Shown: positions 28,337 through 38,504, numbered from the stretch's first letter. The stretch is 64,000 bases of DNA from Candidatus Undinarchaeota archaeon (GCA_964567575.1 CAZMMZ010000003.1:1-64000); one strand, 5' to 3'. Made by a program: numbers and translations. Notes: generated from the sequence alone by a model not told the origin.

Positions 28337-28972
28337 TTACAAGTGCTTAATTGGTTTTTCGAGTTTAGGGTTTTTAATCATTAGTGTAAATGTAACTAAT
28401 TGTAAAACTATTACTATAACAACCATTATTACTGCAAGATATCCAAACCAATCAGGACCTCCACCATAAGTTGAAAAAAATTGGAAATAAATGAAATGTC
28501 CAGAAACTAAATAAAATACTGCGTGAGTTAGACTATGAAGCCATTTCCACAAATCTATACCTAAACCTTCAATTACTTTGCCAAAAGAAGTAGCTGTAAG
28601 CAATAATGACCAAAATAGGGCAATTAAACCAAGTAAATTAGCAAGCCCATACCCCTCTCCACCAATATGTATTAAACTTGAAAACGATCTTAATACAAGT
28701 ATAATTATAAAATGAACTAAAGCTGTTAAAGTAAACCAAATGCCAAGTTCTCCTCTCCAACTCCAAGGACTAAATAAAGGTGATGAACTTTGTGTAGGTT
28801 TTTTCAATCTCATTATTGGACCAATAATTAAAATTAAAAATAATAAAATAAATGAAATCCTAGCAAATGATACAGTCCACGAAATATTCAGTAAAAATTT
28901 GAAAATAGAAACTAAACCTAAAGAAAAAATACCAACAATTAAATGTTGCCTTAAAGTATTTCTAGCATCCAT
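28337..28972 (-). CDS. Ferric-reductase-like transmembrane protein (MsrQ-like)
   Basis: WRGELGIW...VHF, LLLTATS and WKWLHSLTHAVFYLVSGH histidine pattern. Confidence 0.8.
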   Translation of the reverse strand: MDARNTLRQHLIVGIFSLGLVSIFKFLLNISWTVSFARISFILLFLILIIGPIMRLKKPTQSSSPLFSPWSWRGELGIWFTLTALVHFIIILVLRSFSSLIHIGGEGYGLANLLGLIALFWSLLLTATSFGKVIEGLGIDLWKWLHSLTHAVFYLVSGHFIYFQFFSTYGGGPDWFGYLAVIMVVIVIVLQLVTFTLMIKNPKLEKPIKHL

Positions 28973-29030
28973 AATTTTACTAAATTAAAATTGAGTATAT
29001 ATATTTTGTTTTTAGGGGAAAATTAAAATT

Positions 29031-29117
29031 TGGTGCGGGGGACGAGGTTCGAACTCGCGAATCCACTAAGGAACTAGGCCCTCAACCTAGCACGTTTGAC
29101 CACTCCGCCACCCCCGC
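29031..29117 (-). tRNA. tRNA-Leu(GAG), CCA encoded
   Basis: GCGGGGG/CCCCCGC acceptor, CTAGG-TTGAGGG-CCTAG anticodon arm, long variable arm and GTTCGAACC T-loop. Confidence 0.96.
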
Positions 29118-29155
29118 AGAATTAAGTTTTGTTGTCATCAGTGTTATTTAAAAGT

Positions 29156-30892
29156 TTATCTCTTCTCAACGATTTTATCGCGCCATTTATTCCAATCATC
29201 TTCAAGTTCATTAAAAATTATTTTAATATGTTCATCACTCCACTTATTATTTTTCAAATGCATTTCAAGTTTCTTTCTCTCAACTCCGTTTTTCATATGG
29301 AATGCAATGTACTTCTTCAATGCGTTTTTGTGTCGATCTGTGAGTGCGTGCTTTTTCTTGGACTCTGGTGGCTCTTTCCTAATTTTTAATTTGAATAATA
29401 ATAATTGCCAATCCTTAATTAATTCCATTTCAAATTTCTTGTCAACAACAATTACAGTTCCTACTCCAACAATAAAGAGTGTAATAATAACAATGGCTAC
29501 CCACAATGCATTGTCGATTCCTAGTGTTTTTGTTCTGCCTTCAAATTCTTTTACAATTTCTGAAACATCTTTTTCTGGAATGTCTCCTCCAATTGGAACT
29601 TCTGGTTTGTCTGGAATCGGTATCGGTTCCACTCCTTTGACAACTAACGTTCGCAATTCAGAATTGTATTCATTATCTGAATCATCAATACAGCGGATTC
29701 TCCATTCCCAAATTCCTTCTGAAACCGAAACCATTGAAAATGCAGTTTCTTCATCACTTGTCCCGCCCTTTTTCACTTCGCGGACACTTTTGTTTGTTAT
29801 TAATTCACATCGATTCAAACCAAGAAGCGCCCTCGGAATATATTTGAAATTTACATTTCCTGTTTCTATGTTTTCGTAATCTTCTGGAGCTGTTGCTTTA
29901 ACATTAATGTATTCGCTCATCAGAATTGTTTTGTTAACCCACAAATTGCGTTGACTTGAAGTGACATTATTTCCTTCAGAATCATGACAAGTGATAGACC
30001 AATTATATGGTCCTGTTTTTACATGCACTTGTTCAAACATATTTACTGAATTATTGACAATATCACTATTTGTTCCATTAACCGATTCATTTAATTCTAA
30101 TGTGCACCATCGCAATGGTAACCGACTTTTTGGAGTATATTTGAAAGTAACATATCCATCAAGATCAACTGCATCCTCTATTGGACTATTCAAAGTAATC
30201 ATTTGAGAAGTTGTTAATTCTGCAATTAAAAGTCCATGCGATGATTCTCCAACATTACCTGCTTTGTCTTCACATAAAACTTTCCACATATAATCTCCTT
30301 CTGTTAATACAATTTCAGGGAAAGTCGAAGTTCCATTTCCTGCATTTGCAATATATCCTTTTTTCTCATCCTCAACAAACAATGTACAATTCTCAATTCC
30401 GGTTTCCATATCTATTGCATTGACTTTGAAAACAGTTCTTCCATTTGTTGTGTTGTAAGTTGTTACAGAATTATCTACAGTAATTGTCGGTGCAACATCA
30501 TCTAAAACTATATTGACAGTTCTATTTGTGGAATTATGAAGATTTGTATAATTATCTCTGCACTGAATATAGTACCACCAGGTTCCGTTTGTCAGTGCAA
30601 CATCTTTGAAATACTGTTGTTGACTTCTTTCTATTGTGCTACTTAATGCAATGTAAGTTCCATTTGAAATTATTTTACACCAGCTTACATTGTTATCACT
30701 TGTTGGCGTATATGTGAAATTAACCAACGCTTCCTGTTTTTGTAATGTTGATGGCATTCGAATATATTCATTCGCGTCTGGTTCAGTAATACTTATTGTC
30801 ACTGGGCTCGTGTTCCCTGGGATCGCATATACTGCACCTGCCATGGCTAGGATTGAAAATAAAAAGACCAAAGCCATCAATGACCGCTTCAT
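29156..30892 (-). CDS. Surface protein with repeated Ig-like modules and C-terminal TM anchor
   Basis: Signal peptide, four modules with C...(W)xWxIxCxD, many NxT/S sites and a TM helix. Confidence 0.8.
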   Translation of the reverse strand: MKRSLMALVFLFSILAMAGAVYAIPGNTSPVTISITEPDANEYIRMPSTLQKQEALVNFTYTPTSDNNVSWCKIISNGTYIALSSTIERSQQQYFKDVALTNGTWWYYIQCRDNYTNLHNSTNRTVNIVLDDVAPTITVDNSVTTYNTTNGRTVFKVNAIDMETGIENCTLFVEDEKKGYIANAGNGTSTFPEIVLTEGDYMWKVLCEDKAGNVGESSHGLLIAELTTSQMITLNSPIEDAVDLDGYVTFKYTPKSRLPLRWCTLELNESVNGTNSDIVNNSVNMFEQVHVKTGPYNWSITCHDSEGNNVTSSQRNLWVNKTILMSEYINVKATAPEDYENIETGNVNFKYIPRALLGLNRCELITNKSVREVKKGGTSDEETAFSMVSVSEGIWEWRIRCIDDSDNEYNSELRTLVVKGVEPIPIPDKPEVPIGGDIPEKDVSEIVKEFEGRTKTLGIDNALWVAIVIITLFIVGVGTVIVVDKKFEMELIKDWQLLLFKLKIRKEPPESKKKHALTDRHKNALKKYIAFHMKNGVERKKLEMHLKNNKWSDEHIKIIFNELEDDWNKWRDKIVEKR

Positions 30893-30987
30893 AAAAACCT
30901 GTAGTGTTTTGGGTTTAAAAATACATTTGTTTTCCCTTAACCCAATCAGAAAACTATAAAACCGAATTTATCTACTAAATAATTACT

Positions 30988-31653
30988 ATGAGAGACAATG
31001 TTCGATGGATAATAATAAGTGTGCTGATTGTCGGTTTACTGATAACCAGTGTTTCTTTTATGAGTAACGGAGTTGCTCCTACTAGTTTTATTTCGCTTAA
31101 TTCTATTTTAGGAAAAGTCACTGGTCAGATTACTGGAGTTTATTGCGTTCCTTCAATGAAAATTTCAGCACCAGAAGCAGTTACTATAAGTCCAGGTGCT
31201 CACACCGATATTCAAATTGATGTGTCTGATATCAACTGTGGTGTTTCTCGCGCAACCTTAACTCTTACGGATTTCCCTGAAGATTATTATACTGTCACAC
31301 CAGAATATCATCCAACTCTTTCACCTAAAAATGATAATTCTTACACCATAACTTTTAGTGCTCCAAAAGCTGCAGAAGGTATGGTCTATTTAACAAATGC
31401 TAGAATCCGAGGCAGTGGTTCTAATTTCTACAGCAGTGATATTGAAGTTACTGTTGATACACTTCCTACAAAACCAGGTGCTGTTGCAGGCACTCCAGCA
31501 ATTGAAAATATTGTAACAACTAAATCTCGAGGTGTTCTTGATTCTTTCCTTAGCAGTCAAACTTGGTGGGCCGTATCACTCATAGTTGTTATTGCAGCAA
31601 TTTCTCTTGTGATTTATGAATATTTACCTGAAGAAGCTAGGAAAACTCGATAA
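30988..31653 (+). CDS. Membrane-anchored Ig-like protein
   Basis: N- and C-terminal TM helices flanking a beta-rich domain. Confidence 0.7.
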   Translation: MRDNVRWIIISVLIVGLLITSVSFMSNGVAPTSFISLNSILGKVTGQITGVYCVPSMKISAPEAVTISPGAHTDIQIDVSDINCGVSRATLTLTDFPEDYYTVTPEYHPTLSPKNDNSYTITFSAPKAAEGMVYLTNARIRGSGSNFYSSDIEVTVDTLPTKPGAVAGTPAIENIVTTKSRGVLDSFLSSQTWWAVSLIVVIAAISLVIYEYLPEEARKTR

Positions 31654-31708
31654 TTTTTGACCTACCATAACCTTTAAAAAGGACTGGTATTATAGGAACT
31701 GCACTTGA

Positions 31709-32062
31709 ATGAAACGAAATAAGACTAACCCCCGCGTTTTGGGTTTAATTAAATCTTTATATGAAAAGTCAGCTGAATCTAAGGCTGCTCTATGGAAGAA
31801 TTTAGCAAAGCGACTTGAATCCCCCAACCAGAACTGGGCGTCAATAAATCTTTCTCGTTTAAGCCGAATTACAAAAGAAGGAGAGACAATTGTTGTTCCT
31901 GGAAAAGTTCTTGGCTCAGGTACACTTTCTCACAAACTTAATATTTTCGCAGTTTCAGCTTCCAAAACCGCACAGGTTCGAATAAAAAAATCTGGTAGCT
32001 CTTTTGGAATTATTGAAGATGCACTTGCAAAACCAGCAAAAGGAGTTCGAATTATAAAATGA
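31709..32062 (+). CDS. rpl18e: Ribosomal protein eL18
   Basis: KTNP, INLSRLSR and VVPGKVLGSG. Confidence 0.96.
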   Translation: MKRNKTNPRVLGLIKSLYEKSAESKAALWKNLAKRLESPNQNWASINLSRLSRITKEGETIVVPGKVLGSGTLSHKLNIFAVSASKTAQVRIKKSGSSFGIIEDALAKPAKGVRIIK

Positions 32063-32478
32063 AAGTTATTGACGCAACAAATCTCAAAGTTGGAAGACTC
32101 GCATCTTATGTTGCACATGAAGCTCTAAAAGGTGAGACCTTTCGAATTGTCAATGCTGAGAAAGCAGTAGTTACTGGCACAAAAGATTCTATTCTTAAAA
32201 GATACAAATTCAAGAGAACTGTTGGTTCACGATATCAGGGTCCATTTTACCCAAAACGATCTGACAGGATTTTAAAACGTTCAATTCGAGGTATGCTTCC
32301 ATACAAAAAACAAAGAGGAAGGGAAGCTCTTGATCGCATTCGCGCATATATCGGAGTTCCTGAAGAACTTGCCAAGCAAAAGCCTGAAGTTCCTGAAGTA
32401 GCAAAACTCGGTGTTATTGAAAAACGTATGTATATGACTCTTGCAAATCTTTCAAATGAACTTGGAGCTAAACAATGA
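32059..32478 (+). CDS. rpl13: Ribosomal protein uL13
   Basis: GRLASYVA, VNAEKAVVTG and KRSIRGMLPYKK. Confidence 0.96.
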   Translation: MKVIDATNLKVGRLASYVAHEALKGETFRIVNAEKAVVTGTKDSILKRYKFKRTVGSRYQGPFYPKRSDRILKRSIRGMLPYKKQRGREALDRIRAYIGVPEELAKQKPEVPEVAKLGVIEKRMYMTLANLSNELGAKQ

Positions 32479-32882
32479 GTGCAAAAAAATCTATTACAAC
32501 AACTGGAAAAAAGAAAAGCGCAAAAGCGCGTGCATCTATCCAGAAAGGTAGTGGTAAAGTTACTATTAATTCAATCCCTGTTGAAAACTGGGGTTCTTTT
32601 TATGAGCGCAATTTGATTCTTGAGCCAATGCACATAATGGAAAAAGCTCTCAGCGCAGTTGATATTAGTATTAATGTATTAGGTGGCGGTTCTGTTGGTC
32701 AGGCTGCAGCATGTAGGGTTGCAATGGCTCGCGCGGTTATCAAATTCACAAATGACGACAAATTAAAGAAAGACCTTATAAGCTACGACGATAAGATATT
32801 CTCTGGTGATTCAAGGCAGAAAGAACCTTGTAAACCAAACGATTCTTCAGCTCGTGCACGAAGGCAGAAGAGTTACAGGTAA
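32475..32882 (+). CDS. rps9: Ribosomal protein uS9
   Basis: GGGSVGQA, YDDKIFSGDSR and ARARRQKSYR. Confidence 0.96.
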   Translation: MSAKKSITTTGKKKSAKARASIQKGSGKVTINSIPVENWGSFYERNLILEPMHIMEKALSAVDISINVLGGGSVGQAAACRVAMARAVIKFTNDDKLKKDLISYDDKIFSGDSRQKEPCKPNDSSARARRQKSYR

Positions 32883-32889
32883 TGTTAAA

Positions 32890-33084
32890 ATGATTATTCC
32901 AGTAAGATGTTTCACATGCGGAAAACCACTCGGCGCAGAGTATGAAGAGTTTAAGAAACGTGTTGAGGCAGGCGAAGAAGAAAAAGCAATTCTTGATTCT
33001 CTTAATGTTGAACGATACTGTTGCAGACGAATGATTCTCACACAACTGGATCTTCTTGAAGAAGTAGCTCAGTTCGACGCATAA
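32890..33084 (+). CDS. rpoN: RNA polymerase subunit N (Rpo10)
   Basis: MIIPVRCFTCGK...RYCCRRMI. Confidence 0.97.
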   Translation: MIIPVRCFTCGKPLGAEYEEFKKRVEAGEEEKAILDSLNVERYCCRRMILTQLDLLEEVAQFDA

Positions 33085-33101
33085 ATATTAATTTTACAAG
33101 A

Positions 33102-33119
33102 TACTGACATACGTCAGTA
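33102..33119. promoter_or_regulatory. Palindromic operator upstream of a TATA box
   Basis: TACTGAC-ATAC-GTCAGTA, 3 nt upstream of TTTATATA (33123-33130). Confidence 0.6.
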
Positions 33120-33170
33120 ACATTTATATAGTATAATATTGAGTTTAATTAACCGATTGGGACAAACAAA

Positions 33171-33467
33171 ATGGCAGTTTTAGGATTCCGAAATACGAAT
33201 AAAGAGCAATCTAATGTTTTGCCTAATGTTGATTCTGAGAATTTTACTTATGAAAGTATATCAAAAGAAGTCCGAATCACTCAAAAACAGTTTGAAGCAC
33301 TTCATACTGCTTTAAAGCACAAGTATTATTCTTGGCCACGCAAAGTAACTCTTGAAGATCTTGCACAACGTTCTGATACAACCCGAAGAGCTTTCCAAGA
33401 GAACCTGCGAAAAGCTGAAGCCAAACTTTTCCCGCACCTTGTGAAGAAATTTATGCGCGGCGAATAA
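33171..33467 (+). CDS. Bat-like (HTH_10) DNA-binding protein
   Basis: ITQKQFEALHTALKHKYYSWPRKVTLEDLA...FQENLRKAEAKL. Confidence 0.85.
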   Translation: MAVLGFRNTNKEQSNVLPNVDSENFTYESISKEVRITQKQFEALHTALKHKYYSWPRKVTLEDLAQRSDTTRRAFQENLRKAEAKLFPHLVKKFMRGE

Positions 33468-33518
33468 ATTCTTTTTTATCATAACACTTAAAAGGTGCTA
33501 AACTATTTCTGTAGATAG

Positions 33519-34646
33519 ATGGCATTTAAAATCTCTAAACTTTCAATTCTTTTACTAGCACTTGTTATACTCAGTTTAATATCGCCTTTAGCATATGCTC
33601 AAGAAGAAAAGATTGATGTTGTTTATTTCTACGGCGATGGTTGTCCGCATTGCGGAAATTTAGAAGAATGGCTAGATGAAATCAAAGACGAGTATCCAAT
33701 TAATCCAATTAGCTACGAAGTTTATTCAAATCCAGAGAATCGAGATCTTGCTATTAAAATGGCAAAGGAATATGGTGAAAGTTTCCGTGGTGTTCCTATG
33801 ACTTTCATCTGCGATGAAGTTTTTATTGGTTTCAGTGAATCAGTTACTGCTGGTCGTATGGAAGCTAAATTAAAAGAATGTCAACAAGCTACTTGTGTAA
33901 TTTCACCTCTTGATGCTGTTAAAGAATGTGAAGGAGATGTTCAAAAAGAAAAATTAACATTCGCTTCTGTTATGACGCTTGCTGTTGCTGATTCAATTAA
34001 CCCTTGCGCGCTAGCAGTTCTGGCAATGGCGTTAATTGCATTGCTTGCAAAAGATCCTGCTAAAAAGAAAAGAGTTTTGCTCGGAGGTTTTGCTTTTATT
34101 TCAGCTGTGTTCCTAACGTACTTGATTTACGGCGGAATCATAATCCAGTTCTTCAAAGTCCTTGAATCTTATTTCGTTTCATTAAGTTTCTATGTCCGAG
34201 CGTTATTTGCACTTCTTGCAATTGCGCTTGGTATTATGAATCTAAAGGATTTTGTCAAATACAAACCAGGTTCATTTGGAACTGAAATGCCTGTGAAACT
34301 CAGACCAATGGCTAAGCGAATAATTGCAAATATCACAAGCCCTTACGGCGCTTTCATAATCGGAATCTTTGTAACTCTGTTCTTATTGCCATGCACAATT
34401 GGTCCTTATCTCGTGGTCGGAAATATTCTGTCAGGACTTGCTTGGGTGAAATCATTGCCATGGCTTTTATTGTATAATATCATTTTTGTCCTGCCAATGG
34501 TTGTTGTTACTCTGCTTGTTTACTTCGGAATGTCTCGCGTCACTGATGTAACTGCATGGAAAGACAAGAATGTAAAATGGCTACACTTTATTGCTGGATT
34601 AGTTCTGTTGCTACTTGGTATTGCAATGCTATTCGGTTTCGTCTAA
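33519..34646 (+). CDS. Thioredoxin-domain / CcdA (DsbD-beta) fusion membrane protein
   Basis: Signal peptide, CPHC, ADSINPCA and FLLPCTIGPY. Confidence 0.85.
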   Translation: MAFKISKLSILLLALVILSLISPLAYAQEEKIDVVYFYGDGCPHCGNLEEWLDEIKDEYPINPISYEVYSNPENRDLAIKMAKEYGESFRGVPMTFICDEVFIGFSESVTAGRMEAKLKECQQATCVISPLDAVKECEGDVQKEKLTFASVMTLAVADSINPCALAVLAMALIALLAKDPAKKKRVLLGGFAFISAVFLTYLIYGGIIIQFFKVLESYFVSLSFYVRALFALLAIALGIMNLKDFVKYKPGSFGTEMPVKLRPMAKRIIANITSPYGAFIIGIFVTLFLLPCTIGPYLVVGNILSGLAWVKSLPWLLLYNIIFVLPMVVVTLLVYFGMSRVTDVTAWKDKNVKWLHFIAGLVLLLLGIAMLFGFV

Positions 34647-34696
34647 TTCAGAGAGGCTTTACATAAACGTCTTCTACTAGTTTCTTTTATTTTAAT

Positions 34697-34737
34697 CTGT
34701 AAAACAAATTTCATAATAAATCTATCTTGTTTTACAG
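34697..34737. terminator. Inverted repeat between convergent genes
   Basis: CTGTAAAACAA-N19-TTGTTTTACAG. Confidence 0.4.
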
Positions 34738-34764
34738 TTAAATATATGTTTCGCAAAAATCAAA

Positions 34765-35139
34765 TTATGCGTTTTTCTTAATTCTAAACAATAACCAATT
34801 CTTCGGCCCCGTTTTCTCGAATTTGATAAGACAATATTTTCCTTTGAGCTTTTTTCCTTTTAATTCAAAAACCATTTTCCCAGGGGCTTTGCTTTCCATT
34901 TCATAAGTTCCGGAATCCCAAATTTTTACAGTGCCTTTTCCATAACCTTCTTCAATTGTTCCTTCAAAATTAATATAAGAAACTGCGTGGTCTTCCACTT
35001 GCACTGCCAAACGCTTGAGGCCTACTTGTTTTGGTGGTTGTTTCGGAACTGCCCAGCTTTTCAAAACCCCATTCATCTCCAACCTAAAGTCCCAGTGCAA
35101 ATTTGTTGCATTGTGTTCTTGTATTACAAATCTATTCAT
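34765..35139 (-). CDS. Stand-alone LigD 3'-phosphoesterase domain
   Basis: FVIQEHNATNLHWDFRLE, LKSWAVPK, RLAVQVEDH and YGKGTVKIWDSG. Confidence 0.93.
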   Translation of the reverse strand: MNRFVIQEHNATNLHWDFRLEMNGVLKSWAVPKQPPKQVGLKRLAVQVEDHAVSYINFEGTIEEGYGKGTVKIWDSGTYEMESKAPGKMVFELKGKKLKGKYCLIKFEKTGPKNWLLFRIKKNA

Positions 35140-35686
35140 TTTTTAATTTTTTTAGGATTTTTTTCTTTTTTATTACGTTTTCAATTTCTTCCTTAATATT
35201 ATAAGCGTGTTCTAGATCTGTTTTAACAACGTCTTCCATTTCCATATTTTCTAAAAGTTTAATTTGTTTTTTTAAATCTTTCAAAGCTTTTTCTGGTTCA
35301 TTATCTCTTTCATATAAAATTTCTGCACGAGTAGCGTAAGATCCAGAAAGCAATTTCGTATTTTTTTCATTCTTTATAATATGATTAAGAATTTTCATTG
35401 CTTGTTTAAACTTTTTTAATTCTGTTAATGTAACTGCTCTGTAATACTGGAGGGCATTATCATCTGGAAACATTTTGCAAAAAAATGTAAAAATTACATT
35501 TGCTTTTTTCCATTCTCCATTGTTTATTAGTTCAAGCGCGTTGTTTAGGATTTGCATTTTGTCTATTCCAGGTTCTTCTTCCCAAGTTTGAATCAAGTCT
35601 TCTTCAAATTCGGATTTTTTTCTTCCTCTGTTTTTCTTTAATTTTTTTATTGCCATTTTTATTTTTCCCAAGCCGTAGTGCAACAC
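35132..35686 (-). CDS. TPR-like repeat protein
   Basis: Helical repeats, e.g. ALQYYRAVTLTELKKFKQA and YATRAEILY...KALKDL. Confidence 0.7.
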   Translation of the reverse strand: MLHYGLGKIKMAIKKLKKNRGRKKSEFEEDLIQTWEEEPGIDKMQILNNALELINNGEWKKANVIFTFFCKMFPDDNALQYYRAVTLTELKKFKQAMKILNHIIKNEKNTKLLSGSYATRAEILYERDNEPEKALKDLKKQIKLLENMEMEDVVKTDLEHAYNIKEEIENVIKKKKILKKLKNE

Positions 35687-35703
35687 TAAGCTTCCTATCG
35701 GTT

Positions 35704-36189
35704 TTATCGTTTACTAATTGCGTCAAGTATTTCTTCTCGTAAGTCTACTGCTTCTTTTAATTGTTCTTTAACACTTTCAGGTTGTCTATATTTTTTCATG
35801 AGTTTTATTGCAATGTTAATATCTTTAAATGCATTTCCCAAGTCATCATGATAATCTAACTGAATTTCAGCACGCATTTTGTAGCTATCAAAAACAGTTG
35901 CCTCATCTTTGGCAGTTTTTATTAATCTATCAAAAGTTTTTTCAGCTTTAGCAAATTGCCCTAATCTAGTTTCACCCATTGCAATAAAAAAATCTGGCCA
36001 TTCTTTGTTTTTTCGTTTTTTTCTGAGTTCACTCCAAAGTTTCATTGCTTCTTCCCACTTGTTTTGATTTTGCAAATCAAAAGCTTTTTCTGCTAAAGCT
36101 ACAAATTCATCATCTCTTGGTTCTAAAAAATCATTTAGTTGGCCTGTATTGAACCATTCTTGTTTTCTTTTAGCATTTATTACTACCAT
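35704..36189 (-). CDS. TPR-like repeat protein, paralog of the adjacent gene
   Basis: Same layout: A..L...KWEEA, FFIAMGE, YKMRAEIQL...AFKDI. Confidence 0.7.
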   Translation of the reverse strand: MVVINAKRKQEWFNTGQLNDFLEPRDDEFVALAEKAFDLQNQNKWEEAMKLWSELRKKRKNKEWPDFFIAMGETRLGQFAKAEKTFDRLIKTAKDEATVFDSYKMRAEIQLDYHDDLGNAFKDINIAIKLMKKYRQPESVKEQLKEAVDLREEILDAISKR

Positions 36190-36190
36190 T

Positions 36191-36550
36191 TTATATCCTG
36201 AACATGTTTCTACTGAGTTCGCTTGTTATGTTGTTGTGTATCTTGAGATCCGCGCGCTGTTTTTTCGTGAGCTTTTTTTTGCGCGTGCGCTTTGGTGCAG
36301 ATGACTTTTTTGTGGTTCTTCTCCTTTTTGTTGTTTTCCTTTTCCAGAGAAGATCCCCGGGGGTGAATTGGAATGTTTCGTCGAGAGTGGTTCCTAGCGC
36401 ATGCGCGAGTCTATGCGCTAGGAGGAGGGAGGGGTTAAATTGGCTCCGCTCGATCAGACCGACGGTCTCACGAGCGACCCCGGATTCTCGCGCCAGCTCC
36501 GATTGGGAGAGATTCTTCCTTGCACGGAACTCTTTTATCCGGGTTTTCAT
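36191..36550 (-). CDS. XRE-family HTH regulator with basic tail
   Basis: MKTRIKEFRARKNLSQSELARESGVARETVGLIERSQFNPSL. Confidence 0.88.
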   Translation of the reverse strand: MKTRIKEFRARKNLSQSELARESGVARETVGLIERSQFNPSLLLAHRLAHALGTTLDETFQFTPGDLLWKRKTTKRRRTTKKSSAPKRTRKKKLTKKQRADLKIHNNITSELSRNMFRI

Positions 36551-36708
36551 AATGTAGTTAAAGAGATTAATACCTCTCTTTTTGAGATACACATATCTCT
36601 TTATGAGGAATATATATCTCTTTCTGGTATATAAGTGTTGCGTTTGCTATTAACACATAAACCATAACGCTTATATATTATGTCAAGTAGAGCTTAACTC
36701 TGAAATTG

Positions 36709-36781
36709 GTTCAGTTTGTAGTTCGTAGTTTGTAGTTCGTGGTTACCACTACCTACCTACCACCAACCACTAACCTAACCA
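36709..36781. repeat. Heptamer short-repeat hairpin in the thermosome leader
   Basis: (T[T/C]GTAGT)n followed by complementary ACCACTA/ACCTACC-type units. Confidence 0.65.
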
Positions 36782-36797
36782 ATAGGACAAACAAAAA

Positions 36798-38459
36798 ATG
36801 ACACAACTAACAGGACAACCAATTGTAATTATGTCTGATAAAGCAAACCGCACACGCGGACGAGATGCACAGCGCATGAATATCATGGCTGGCAAAATCG
36901 TAGCTGAAGCAGTTAAATCAACACTAGGACCAAAAGGAATGGACAAGATGCTTGTCGATTCACTTGGCGACGTCGTCATCACAAATGACGGTGCTACTAT
37001 TCTTAAAGAAATGGATATCCAGCACCCAGCTGCAAAGATGATGGTTGAAGTTTCCAAAGCTCAGGAAGATGAGGTCGGAGACGGAACAACCACAGCAGTT
37101 GTTGTTGCAGGCGAGCTTCTCAAAAAAGCAGAAGACTTACTTGAAATGGATATTCATCCAACAGTGATTGCACGCGGTTACAGAATGGCAAATGACGAGG
37201 CACAGAAGTTCCTCGAAGCAACTGCTGACACAATCTCAAAAGATGATACAGACACTCTAGAGAAAATCGCAATGACAGCAATGACTGGAAAATCCGCAGA
37301 ACGCGCACGAGAAAGTCTTGCAAAACTTGCAGTAAAAGCAGTTTCTCTTGTTGCAGATGAATCAAATGGAAAAATTTCAATTGACTCAGATAACATCAAA
37401 ATCGAAAAGAAAGAAGGTGGATCAATTGATGATTCAGAATTGATTAGCGGTATAATTCTTGACAAAGAGCGCGTGCACAACGGCATGCCAGAAAAAGTTT
37501 CAAGTGCAAAAATCGCTTTAGTTGATTCAGCTCTTGAAATTAAGAAAACAGAAACTGATGCAAAGTACAATATTAATGATCCAGCTCAGCTTCAAAGTTT
37601 CCTTGAACATGAAGAAGGAATGTTGAAGAAAATGGTTGAGCAGATTAAAGCAAGCACCGCAACAGTCTTGTTTTGTCAAAAAGGAATCGATGATCTTGCA
37701 CAACACTTCCTTGCAAAGGAAGGAATTTTCGCAGTTCGCAGAGTAAAGAAAAGCGACATGGAAAAACTTGCTCGTGCAACCGGTGGAAAAGTTATGACAA
37801 GCATCGACGATTTAAGTTCAACTGATCTTGGAAACGCTGGAATTGTTGAAGCTCGCAAAATCGGTGGAGATGACATGATTTTTGTAACAGAATGTGTTTC
37901 ACCAAAAGCAGTTTCAATTCTAATTCGCGGCGGAACCGAGCATGTTGTGGACGAAGTTGATCGCGCATTACAAGATGCAATCGGCGGAGTTTCAGCAAGC
38001 ATTGAAACCGGCAAAATTGTTGCTGGTGGTGGAGCAATTGAAATTGAACTTGCAAAAGCACTCAAGGCTGCAGCTGAGAAAGTCTCAGGACGAGAACAGC
38101 TAGCAATGACTGCTTTCGCAGAAGCAATTGAAGTAATTCCACGAACTCTTGCAGAGAACGCAGGACTTGATTCAATTGACAAACTTGTTGAGCTAAGATC
38201 AATGCATGAAACACCAGAAGGCAAGAACAACGGCCTTGATGTTTTCGCAAACACAGTAAAAGACATGAAAGCAGAAGGTGTTATTGAACCGCTCAAAATT
38301 AAAACACAAGCAATTAAGTCAGCTTCTGAAGCTGCAGAAATGATTCTTCGAATTGACGATGTAATCAGTGCAAAAGGTTTCAGTGGTGGCGGAGATGCAG
38401 GCGGAGCAATGCCTCCAGGAATGCCCCCAGGAATGGGCGGAATGCCTGGCATGATGTAG
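36798..38459 (+). CDS. ths: Thermosome (group II chaperonin) subunit
   Basis: [25 protein letters not shown] and GGM-rich tail. Confidence 0.98.
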   Translation: MTQLTGQPIVIMSDKANRTRGRDAQRMNIMAGKIVAEAVKSTLGPKGMDKMLVDSLGDVVITNDGATILKEMDIQHPAAKMMVEVSKAQEDEVGDGTTTAVVVAGELLKKAEDLLEMDIHPTVIARGYRMANDEAQKFLEATADTISKDDTDTLEKIAMTAMTGKSAERARESLAKLAVKAVSLVADESNGKISIDSDNIKIEKKEGGSIDDSELISGIILDKERVHNGMPEKVSSAKIALVDSALEIKKTETDAKYNINDPAQLQSFLEHEEGMLKKMVEQIKASTATVLFCQKGIDDLAQHFLAKEGIFAVRRVKKSDMEKLARATGGKVMTSIDDLSSTDLGNAGIVEARKIGGDDMIFVTECVSPKAVSILIRGGTEHVVDEVDRALQDAIGGVSASIETGKIVAGGGAIEIELAKALKAAAEKVSGREQLAMTAFAEAIEVIPRTLAENAGLDSIDKLVELRSMHETPEGKNNGLDVFANTVKDMKAEGVIEPLKIKTQAIKSASEAAEMILRIDDVISAKGFSGGGDAGGAMPPGMPPGMGGMPGMM

Positions 38460-38478
38460 GTTCGTAAAAACTAATCTT

Positions 38479-38504
38479 AAGCTCTGGTGTAAAAACCAGG
38501 GCTT
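38479..38504 (+). terminator. Hairpin followed by a T-tract after the thermosome
   Basis: AAGCTCTGGT-GTAAAA-ACCAGGGCTT then ACTCTTTTT. Confidence 0.55.

Noticed and set aside
37676-38452. 258-aa minus-strand ORF and similar long antisense ORFs (e.g. 29307-29879, 60356-61090)
   Set aside because: They are shadows of well-supported genes on the opposite strand.
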